This document shows, piece after piece, positions 54,601 to 64,000 of a stretch of 64,000 bases of DNA. Location: assembly GCA_009914755.4 (NCBI GenBank), contig CP068257.2, positions 21,856,001 through 21,920,000 of the forward strand, in the 5' to 3' direction. Made by a program: the position numbers and the translations under genes. The DNA comes from the human T2T-CHM13v2.0 reference genome, Homo sapiens. Below the pieces are notes generated by a model. That model was not told the origin of the DNA. It was given only the letters and a program-made list of their open reading frames with translations, and did no database searches. Positions within the stretch are counted from its first letter, which is position 1, and each line of letters starts with the position of its first letter.

Positions 54601-55379
54601 AGGGGTCTATTAATTTTTAAAAGTACACATAATGCCTAATTTTTTACATTGAAGTTAGGTAAAGACATGTATAGTTAATGAATTAAATGATTTTAGTAAG
54701 ATATAATATTCATGGAACAAAATGCATAGGTTATAATTTTTCATTTTGATAAGTTTGTTAATTGTAGAAAACCATGTCACTACCACCTTAAACAAGATTT
54801 AGAATAATTCTGTAAACTTTCTCTTCAATTACCCAGCAGTAAATAATCTGTCAGCATAGATTCATTTTGGTTTTTCTTGGAATTTAGATAAATGAAATTA
54901 TACAATGTGTATTTTTTAGAGTATCACACCTTTTCACTCATAGATGCAAAAACATGTATTGGTAGTTTGCTCCAATTGTACAGATAATAAAATTTATTGA
55001 ATAAATAAATCAACATTTATTTATTCTGCATTTAATATACTTGTGGGCTGTTTGTTGCTTTGGGCTTAGATTATCTCTTTTAACCTTTGTATATCTTTCA
55101 ACTTTCCTTATGATAAGTATAGACAAGAGGCCTATGATGGGTAAGTTATTTTTCGTGTTATAATTTATAATACTTTTCAAATATCACCTGGCTTAATTCA
55201 TGCCACAGGCCCTTTTCCATCACTCAGATGAATTTTTAAATCTTATATTCATTACGTATTTTGCTATTTTGTTTACCACATTGATTTTCATGCACTTGCT
55301 TAGTACACTTTCATTCACCATCACATAAGTTTCAACATGTTCTTAGCTTCATTAATTTCTCAATCCCAGGTTACTACAT

Positions 55380-55720
55380 GCTATGGTTTGAATGTTGTCC
55401 CCTTCTGAACTCTTATTGAAATTTAATTGCCATTGTAACAGTATTAAGAGGTAGGACCTTTAAGGCGTGATTAGGCCATGAAGACTTCACATTTTTGGGT
55501 GGAATTGGTGCTGTTATAAAAGGGTGACTTCAGTTCATCCCCCTCTTGCTCTCGTTCTTTCTATCTTACTATGTCTTTACCCTTCTCCTATGGGATGATG
55601 CAGCAAAAGGCCTTGCCAGATGACGACCCCTTGATTTGAACTTCACACTTCCAGAACTATAAGCCGATAAAGTTCTATTCTTAATAATAAGTCAGTCTGT
55701 GGTATTCCATTATAGGAAGA
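55380..55720 (+). mobile_element. MaLR (MST/MLT1-like) 5' LTR of a full-length element
   Basis: 'ctatggtttgaatgttgtccccttctgaactcttattgaaatttaattgccattgtaacagtattaagaggtaggacctttaaggcgtgattaggccatgaagac...cttccagaactataagccgataaagttctattcttaataataagtcagtctgtggtattccattataggaagacaaaacagactaag'. Confidence 0.7.
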
Positions 55721-57427
55721 CAAAACAGACTAAGATAATGAATTGGTACTGAGAAGTGGGGCTGTTGGTATAACAAATACCTAAAAATGTGAAAGCAACT
55801 TTGAAATGGATAGTGGGTGGAGGTTGAAAGAATTTGGAGGAGTAGGCTAGAAAAAGCCTATACAGCCCTAAACAGAGCATTAAGGGCAATTCCGGTGAGG
55901 GTTCAGAAGAGAACTTTAGGGTAAGTGGAACTTCTTAAGGATTACTTAAGTTGTTGTGATCAGAATGTTGGAAGAACTATAGGCAGTCAAGGCAATTCTG
56001 ATGAGGTCTCAGATAGAAATAAAAACAAGATATTGGAAACTGGAGTAAAGACCATTCTTGTTATACAGTGGCGAAGAACTTGGCTGAATTGTGTCCATGC
56101 CAGAGGGCTTTCTGGAAGGCAGAATTTAAGTGCAATGAATTAAGATGTCTGCTGGAAGAAATATCTGAGCAGAAAAGCATTCAGGATGATGTGTGGCTAC
56201 TTTTAACTGCATATAGAAAATGGGAAAATAAATACTTACAAGGAGAACAGAATTTAGGGAATTGAAGTATTCTGAGCCTGGTGGTGTGGTCGAAAATAAA
56301 AGACCATTTTCAGGCGAGGAATCCAAGGTTGCGGCCAAGTGACCTATTTGATAAGGAGATTAGTAGGAATAGAACAAAGCCAAAAGCTATTCATCAGGAC
56401 AATGGGAAAATGGCCATAAAGGCACTGTGGAGCTTACAAGTGTGACCGCTCCCATCACAGGCCCAGAGTGTCAAGGCCTGACTGAAGGAAATATGTCAAA
56501 GGAGAGGTTTCAGTGCTCTCAGGAACTTGGAACTTACTGTCCAGGGCCAACTCAAGTCTCAGTTCCCTACATTCTAGTGCAGGGCTCGTCAGCTGCCCCA
56601 GCCACATCTCAGGACTGCCAGGATCAGCTACACGCAGCTGAGAATCAATCCCACCCACTTCTCCAGAAGGTATGAGCAGCAAATCTTGGTGGCACCTAAG
56701 TGGTGTTGTCTGCAGGCATGCAAAATAAACAAGCTGTGAGGGGCATGGTTTCCTTCACCTGAATTTGAAAGCATGTTGCTAACAGCCTGGTGTCCCGGGA
56801 AAAGACTTGTTATAAGGGCAGAGCCACTGCAAAAAGCTCCCATTGGAGAAATACCTAGCAAAATTTTGGGGTTGGATCTGTACAGCGAATCCCCAGTGGG
56901 CTGAGGAAAGCTGTTGGAATGGGGCTTCCCTTGAGACCCCAGAAATGGAGAGTCACCAGTGTTCAATTCCAGCCTGAGAGAGCTACAGGCACCTGCTCTC
57001 AGTGTATGAGAGGTGCAGGCATGAGCTCTGCCTGGCAAAACTATAGTGATGGGGCTTCCTTAAATCTTGTGGCCCCCAATTCTGTGCCACTGTGTTCAGA
57101 GGGTGGGACACGGAGTCAAAGAAGATTGTCCTCCAGCCTTAAGATTTAATCTTGTTCTCCCTGTTGGGCTTTGTAATTACTTGGAACAAGTTATTGGGTT
57201 TTTTTCTTGTCCATTTTCTCCTTTTGGAATAGTAATGTCTATCTTATATCTGTTTTCCTATTCTATTTTGGAAATATATAATTTGTTTGATTTCACAAGC
57301 TCACAGTCGGAGAGAAATCTGCCTCAAGGTGAATTGTGCCTTGCGTTTCACCTGAATCCAGTTTAGATGAAACTCTGGACTTTGGATATTTTAGTTGATA
57401 CTGGATTCGGTTAAGAATTTAGAGATT
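55721..57427 (+). mobile_element. MaLR internal region (THE1/MST-int-like), non-coding ORF remnants
   Basis: 'ataatgaattggtactgagaagtggggctgttggtataacaaatacctaaaaatgtgaaagcaactttgaaatgg...gcagaaaagcattcaggatgatgtgtggctacttttaactgcatatagaaaatgggaaaataaatac...aatgggaaaatggccataaaggcactgtggagcttacaagtgtgaccgctcccatcacaggcccagagtgtcaaggcctgactgaagg...gtgggacacggagtcaaagaagattgtcctccagccttaagatttaatcttgttctccctgttgggctttgtaattacttggaac...'. This is collinear with the THE1 internal consensus. ORFs 56427-57366 fall here. Confidence 0.7.
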
Positions 57428-57956
<529 letters not shown>

Positions 57957-58021
57957 TTATTGGATAGAATAAATGTAGTCTTTATGCTAATACTGCATGA
58001 GTTTTAGGGGTCAGAGGCAGA

Positions 58022-58354
58022 AAACTATGATTTCAATGTTGTCCCCTTCAAAACTAATCTTGAAGTTTGTCATTGTAGCAGTTTTAAGAAGTGGGACCTT
58101 TAAGACACGATTAGGCCATAAGGGCTCCAACTTACGGGTGGCATTGCTGCTGTCATATAAGGACAAGTCTGTCCCTCTGTTGTCCTTCCACATTCCACCA
58201 CTACATACTACAGCAAGAAGGCCATTAGACAATGTCAGCTCCTCAGTTTTGGAATTTTCAACCTCCAGAATTATGAGCTAATAAACTTACTATCATTCAA
58301 AAATTACATAGTCTGTGGTATTTTATTATAGCAGCACAAAATGGACTCTGACAC
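58022..58354 (+). mobile_element. MaLR 3' LTR of the full-length element
   Basis: 'ctatgatttcaatgttgtccccttcaaaactaatcttgaagtttgtcattgtagcagttttaagaagtgggacctttaagacacgattaggccataagggctcc...cctccagaattatgagctaataaacttactatcattcaaaaattacatagtctgtggtattttattatagcagcacaaaatggactctgacac'. It has the same architecture as the 5' LTR at 55380-55720. Confidence 0.7.
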
Positions 58355-59251
58355 TACACTATTGTCATAGAGTCATGATAAACGCCGTTTTTGTGCAAGC
58401 TGCATAACATGGAGAGGTAAGACAATTAGCTCAGTCTCCATTGATTGAATTAATAAAGAACTTTTTTCTTCAAATAATGTACATTATTAGACAGGTTAAG
58501 GATGTGGTTAAATTTATGGTGACCTCCATGGATCAAGAGATATATTTTTCCTATCTGAAAGGAGAAGTCATCCAAAAGGAAATGATCGGAAATGAGTATA
58601 CCTGTCCTTTGCCTGAGCTACTAGTACAGCACTGCTGATGTTATACTATTCAGAGTGTATTAGGAATATATTACTTCCCCTTTCAGAACACAATAATATG
58701 CGTGTGTAAATCAGCCTTGGCCCTGCCACTGGCTGAGATACTCTGCTTGCTAAATCTTAGTGAAGTTGCTGAACTCATTTCCCATTGTATTTCTCAAATT
58801 TTCTTTAAGCAGATGTTATTAATGGAATTACATAATTCCTTGCCAAGAGTCAATTCTTCAGAATGTTGAATTAGTGCTGTTATGTGGTGCCTCATTCAGT
58901 GAGAATTAATACAAATCAAAGAGATCCTTGAAACTCTGCAAGATAGATTTTGTGGATCAATTAGCTTGACTGATAATCAGTAAGTCTAAACACTAATCAA
59001 CATTTGGAATTGTCTTCTTGACAGAAATAATGGAAAGCAATAGTCTGTGTTCACTGGAATGGAGGAAAGCTGATGCACATAAATAGGTAGTGTCATGTAT
59101 ATGTGAGTGGGAGGAGGTTGAGGGAGAGAAGTTTGGTTATAGAGATTCATTCCTTGTCTGAGCATGTCTGCTGCTGCCAAAGGAACATCATGAGTAGTGG
59201 GAAGACAGCTTAGCTAAAGAATAGGATGCGTGCAGATTTTAAATATTCTGG

Positions 59252-59588
<337 letters not shown>

Positions 59589-60039
59589 CTACAGGTTTCT
59601 TATATCTGTGTATTCCTACAACTTCTCTGCATGGGTATTCCTTCTCCACTTATCTACGTATGTGTAAATTGTTGCTGTTTAAAATATGTCACTGTGGAGC
59701 AGTGTTTACCCACTAGTACACTTTATTAATAACTTTAAATTGGGGAGGACCAATAAAAAGTTAGTAACAGCATTCTATTTGTACATATAAATTTTAACCA
59801 GAAACATTCTAAATTGATAAAATTCCTGAATAAATAGTTGAATTGAATCACATATTTTTCAAAAAAAACACAATTTGCTTAATTTAACCTGTTCTTAACA
59901 GTACTGGCATAAATCTTACTCTAATGAATGATTGCTTTGTAATAAAAACAGAATATTATAATACTAATAATGTATTTATGCCTTAATATGTATTTGTTTG
60001 TTAAGTTCTAAAGTTCTTACCTGTTTTTCACCTTTTCCG

Positions 60040-60180
60040 TTATTTATTACTTAATTCCTTCCTCTGTTTTTTATTTCCTCTCTTAATTCTTTTCTTCTTT
60101 CTTCCCGTCTTACTTCTCCTTCCCTCCCTCTCTCCACTCGCTCCTTTCTTCATTTATTCTTTTTCTTTGTTGCTTTTATT
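60040..60180. repeat. CT-rich low-complexity tract
   Basis: 'ccttttccgttatttattacttaattccttcctctgttttttatttcctctcttaattcttttcttctttcttcccgtcttacttctccttccctccctctctccactcgctcctttcttcatttattctttttctttg'. Confidence 0.6.
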
Positions 60181-60539
60181 TGACAATTCATGAGTCTCAT
60201 TCTCTTCTCATTCAATAGGCAGAATTTTAATGTGTTTGATAGAATATTTAATTCATATATTTATTTTTGAATCAAATATACAGCTCTTTTATTTCTATGA
60301 ATGATAGTATGCAATAGTTTTAATTTTATATTTCACAGCTTTTACTCAGTATCCTTGCAAAAATCAATCCACGTTGCTGGATGTGCACTGCTACTACACT
60401 GTTAGTAGCAATTCTGGGATTATGCCATAATGTGCATCAACCATATTGTATATATTCAGTTCACAGTAATGGAAGCATAGATCGCATTTAGTACTTAATA
60501 ATTTCATATGCTTTCACTCTGAATGTATGTAAAGTTTTC

Positions 60540-61192
60540 TCTGAACACATAAAAAGATGTTTAACCTCCCTAATCATCTGGGAAATGCAAATCAAAAACA
60601 CCATGAGATTTACCTCATATCCACTAGAATGCTACTATTAAAAACAAACAAACAAACAAACAAACAAAAAACCTCTAACCAAAACCCCGAAATAAGTATT
60701 GGTAAGGATGTGGAAAATTTAGAACCCTTGCTCATTGTTGGTAGGTATAAAAAATAGGGCAGCCACTATGAAAAACAATATGGTGGCTCCTCAAAAACCT
60801 AAATGTAGAATTATCTTATGGTTCACCAATTCCACTTCTGAAATAAAACCCAAAGAATTGAAAGCAGGGACTCAAATGGGTATTTGTACATCCACATTAA
60901 TGTAGCATTATTAATAATAGCCAAAATGTAGAAGCAACCCACCAATTGTTAATTGACAGATGAATGCATGCACAAAATATGGTATAACACTTACAATGGG
61001 ATATTAAAAGGAAGGAAATCTGACATATACAAAATGGATGAACCTTAAGGATAGTGTGCTCAGTGAGGTAAGCCAGTCACAAAAAAGACAATTACTCATA
61101 CAATGTTCCTTGAGTCATCAAATTCAGAGAAACAGAGAGTAGAATGGTGGTTGCCAGGTGCCCGAAGGGTAAAAATAATGGAAAGGTTTTTA
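60540..61192 (+). mobile_element. Old LINE-1 (L1M-type) ORF2 C-terminus and 3' region, truncated by the next L1
   Basis: '...catctgggaaatgcaaatcaaaaacaccatgagatttacctcatatccactagaatgctactattaaaaacaaacaaac...ggtaaggatgtggaaaatttagaacccttgctcattgttggtaggtataaaaaatagggcagccactatgaaaaacaatatggtggctcctcaaaaacctaaatgtagaattatcttatggttcaccaattccacttctg...tgcatgcacaaaatatggtataacacttacaatgggatattaaaaggaaggaaatctgacatatacaaaatggatgaaccttaaggatagtgtgctcagtgaggtaagccagtcacaaaaaagacaattactcatacaatgttcc...agagtagaatggtggttgccaggtgcccgaagggtaaaaataatgg'. These are canonical L1M 3' ORF2 motifs. ORF 60557-60757 is L1-like. Confidence 0.7.
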
Positions 61193-62071
61193 TTTGTTTT
61201 TTTTTTTTTTTCCAAATCATTATTATTATTTAACTTTTATTTTAAAATTAGGAGTACACATCCAGGATGTGCAGGTTTGTTACACAGGTAAACTTGTGTC
61301 ATGGGGGTTTGTTATACAGATTATTTCATCACTCAGGTGTTAAGCCTAGTATCTATTAGTTATTTTTCCTGATCCTCTTTCTCCTCCCACTCCCCACACT
61401 CCTATAGGCCCCAGTGTGCCTTGTTCTCCTCTATGTGTCCATGTGTTCTCATCATTTAGCTCCCACTTATAAGTGAGAACATACAGTATTTGGTTTTTTG
61501 TTCCTATGTTAGTTTGCTAAGGATAATGACCTCTGGCTCCATCTATGTCCCTGCAAAGGATATGATCTTGTCCTTTTTTATGGCTGCACAGTATTCCATG
61601 GTGTATATGTACCACATGTTCCTTATCAAGTGTATCACTTATGGGCATTTGGGCTGATTCCATGTCTTTGCTATTGTGAATAGTTGTGCAAAGAATATAT
61701 GCGTGCATGTGTCTAAAATGTTAATAGAATAATTTATATTCCTTCGGGTATATACCTAGTAATGGGATTGCTGGTTCAAATGATATTTCTGACTTTAGGT
61801 CTTTGAGGAATCACCACACTGTCTCCCACAATGGTTGAACTAATTTACACTCCCACCAACAGTGTAAAAGTGTTCCATTTTCTCCAAAACCATACCAGCA
61901 TTTGTTATTTTTTAACTTAATAGTAGCCATTCTGACTGGTGAGAGATGGTATCTCGTTGTGCTTTTGATTGTCATTTCTCTAATGATCAGTGATATTGTA
62001 CTTTCTTTCATATGTTTGTTGGCTGCATATATGTATTCTTTTGAGAAGTGTCTGTTCATGTCCTTTGTCAA
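61193..62071 (-). mobile_element. LINE-1 (L1P-type) 3' UTR and ORF2 C-terminus, antisense; poly-A present as poly-T at 61193-61213
   Basis: A poly-T run, then antisense L1: '...gggattgctggttcaaatgatatttctgactttaggtctttgaggaatcaccacactgtctcccacaatggttgaactaatttacactcccaccaacagtgtaaaagtgttccattttctccaaaaccataccagc...gagaagtgtctgttcatgtcctttg'. ORF 61811-62071(-) gives '...[81 protein letters not shown]' (L1 ORF2). Confidence 0.8.
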
Positions 62072-62382
62072 TTTTTTTTTTTTTTTTTTTTTTTGAGGCA
62101 GAGTCTTGCTCTGTCACCCAGGCTGCAGTGCATTGGAGGAATCTCGAGAGGCACACTGCAAGCTCCGCCTCCCATGTTCACGCCATTCTCCTGCCTCAGC
62201 CCCCCGAGTAGCTGGCACTACAGGCTCCCACCACCACGCCAGGCTAATTTTTTGTATTTTTAGTAGAGACGGGGTTTCACCGTGTTAGCTAGGATGGTCT
62301 TGATCTCCTGACCTCGTGATCTGCCCGCCTCAGCCTCCCAAAGTGCTGGGATTACAGGTGTGAGCCACTGCACCTGTCCCCT
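62072..62382 (-). mobile_element. AluY-like element inserted into the minus-strand L1
   Basis: Poly-T, then 'gaggcagagtcttgctctgtcacccaggctgcagtgcattggaggaatctcgagaggcacactgcaagctccgcctcccatgttcacgccattctcctgcctcagccccccgagtagctggcactacaggctcccaccaccacgccaggctaattttttgtatttttagtagagacggggtttcaccgtgttagctaggatggtcttgatctcctgacctcgtgatctgcccgcctcagcctcccaaagtgctgggattacaggtgtgagccactgcacctgtccc'. The L1 sequence 'tcctttg(t/c)c' is duplicated on both sides, which looks like a TSD. Confidence 0.9.
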
Positions 62383-64000
62383 TTGCCCATTTTTAATGTT
62401 TTTTTTTTCCTCTTGTAAATTTGTTTAAGTTCCTTGCAGATGCTGGGTATTAGACCTTTGTCAGACGGATAGATTGCAAAAATTTTCTCCCATTCTGTAA
62501 GTTGTCTGTTTATGCTGTTGATAGTTAATTTTTCTGTGCAGAAGCTCTTTAGTTTAATTAGATCCCATTTCTCAATTCTTGCTTTTGTTGCAATTATTTC
62601 TGGCATCTTCATCATGAAATCTTTGCCCGTGCCTATGTAGTGAATGATGTTGCCTAGGTTATCTTCCAAGATGTTTATAGTTTTGCATTTTACATTTAAG
62701 CTTTTAATCCATCTTGGGTTGATTTTTGTATATGGTGTAAGAATGGGGTCCAGTTTCAATTTTCTGCATATGGCTAGCCTGTTCTACCAGCACCATTTAT
62801 TGAACAGGGAATCCTTTCCACATTGGTTGCTTTTATCAGGATTGTCAAAGATCAGATATTTGTAGGTGTGTGGTCTTATTTCTGAGTTCTCTGTTCTTTT
62901 CTACTGGTTTATGTGTCTGTTCTTATACCAGTACCATGCTATTTTGTTTATTGTAGCCCTATAATATAGTTTGAAATCAGGTAGGTGATGCCTCCAGCTT
63001 TGTTTTTTATGCTTAGGATTTTCTTGACTATTCAGGCTCTTTTTTGGTTCCATATGAATTTTAAAGTAGTTTTTTTCTATTTCTGTGAAGAATGTCAGTG
63101 GCAGTTTAATGAGAATAGCATTGAATCTATAAATTGCTTTGGGCAGTATGGCCATTTTAATAATATTGATTCTTTCTATCCATAATTGTAGAATGTTTTT
63201 CCATTTGTTTATGTCATCTCTGTTTTCTTGGAGCAGTGGTTTGCCATTCTCCTTGTAGAGATCTTTCACATTCCTTGTTAGCTGTATTCCTAGGTATTTT
63301 TTTGTGTGTGTGGTGATTATGAATGGGAGTTCATTTGTGATTTGGCTTTCAGCTTGACTGTTGTTGCTGTGTAGGCATGCCTGCAATTTTTGATTTTTGC
63401 ATCCTGAAACTTTGCTGAAGTTGCTTATCAGTTTAAGAAGCTTCTGGGCTAAGACAACGGGGTTTTCCAGATACAGGATCATGCCATCTTCAAATAGGGA
63501 TATTTTGACATCTTCTCTTCCTATTTTAATGCCCTTTATTTCTCTTGCCTGAATGCTCTGGCCAGAAATTCTAATACTATGTTGAATAGGAGTAGTGAGA
63601 GAGTGAATCTTTGTCTCGTGCTGGTTTTCAAGGTGAATAATTCCAGCTTTTGCCCATTGAATATGATATTGACTGTGGGTTTGTCATATATGGCTCTTAC
63701 TATTTTGAGGTATGTTCCTTCAATACCTAGTTTATTGAGAGTGTTTAACATGAAGGTATGTTAAATTTTATCAAAAGCTTTTTCTGGGTCTATTTAGATA
63801 ATTATGTATTTTTTGTCTTTAGTTTTGTTTATGTGATGAATCTCATTTATTGATTTGTATATGTTGAACCAACCTGCAACACAGGATTAAAGCCTCCTTG
63901 ACTGGGTGGATAAGCTTTTTGATGTGCTGCCAGATTTGATTTGCCAGTATTTTGTTCAGGATTTTTGCATCCACGTTCAAGTTTTCTGTTTTTGTTGTAT
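62383..64000 (-). mobile_element. LINE-1 (L1P-type) ORF2 body, antisense, continuing beyond the right window edge
   Basis: '...ctttgcccatttttaatg...gtaaatttgtttaagttccttgcagatgctgggtattagacctttgtcagacggatagattgcaaaaattttctcccattctgtaagttgtctgtttatgctgttgatagttaatttttctgtgcagaagctctttagtttaattagatcccatttctcaattcttgcttttgttgcaattatttctgg...' is antisense L1 ORF2. Minus-strand ORFs 62352-62759, 62901-63482 and 63536-63751 translate to L1 ORF2 reverse-transcriptase motifs ('[23 protein letters not shown]...', '...[27 protein letters not shown]...', '...[35 protein letters not shown]...'). Confidence 0.85.

Noticed and set aside
62352-63751. 135-aa, 193-aa and 71-aa ORFs on the minus strand that look protein-like
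   Set aside because: They are recognisable fragments of L1 ORF2 (reverse-transcriptase motifs such as '...[20 protein letters not shown]...') from a degenerate L1P copy, interrupted by stops and frameshifts and by an AluY. This is a pseudogenised retrotransposon, not a host gene.

Overview
This window is primate (almost certainly human) nuclear genomic DNA, not a prokaryotic or viral locus. It is AT-rich by eye and densely packed with interspersed repeats. There are 16 Alu elements or fragments of different ages, several of them AluY-like with recognisable target-site duplications. There are many LINE-1 fragments on both strands, including old L1M-type pieces, a young 5'-truncated L1PA 3' end at 29456-30007, and an L1P copy on the minus strand that runs off the right edge. 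There are at least six ERVL-MaLR (THE1/MST-class) LTR elements, one of which is complete (LTR, internal region, LTR; 55380-58354). There is one MER30-like MITE, and many microsatellites: (GT)n, (TA)n, a roughly 210-bp (TTTC/TTCC)n, and a roughly 230-bp GAA/GAG purine tract grown from an Alu tail. I could not support any protein-coding gene, RNA gene, CRISPR array or operon-like system. Every ORF in the six-frame track is 193 aa or shorter and overlaps a repeat: L1 ORF2 remnants, MaLR internal sequence, Alu, or translated microsatellites. The largest ORFs (51197-51730, 57602-57972) are translations of simple repeats. The expectation of a novel biological system is therefore not supported by what I can read; the window looks like intronic or intergenic repeat-rich human DNA. 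The findings below concern repeat architecture, unstable repeats, nested insertions, an inverted Alu pair, and a few splice-site-like motif pairs that could be cryptic exons if the region is transcribed. Coordinates of repeat boundaries are approximate (within about 10-30 bp) because they were placed by eye against remembered consensus sequences.
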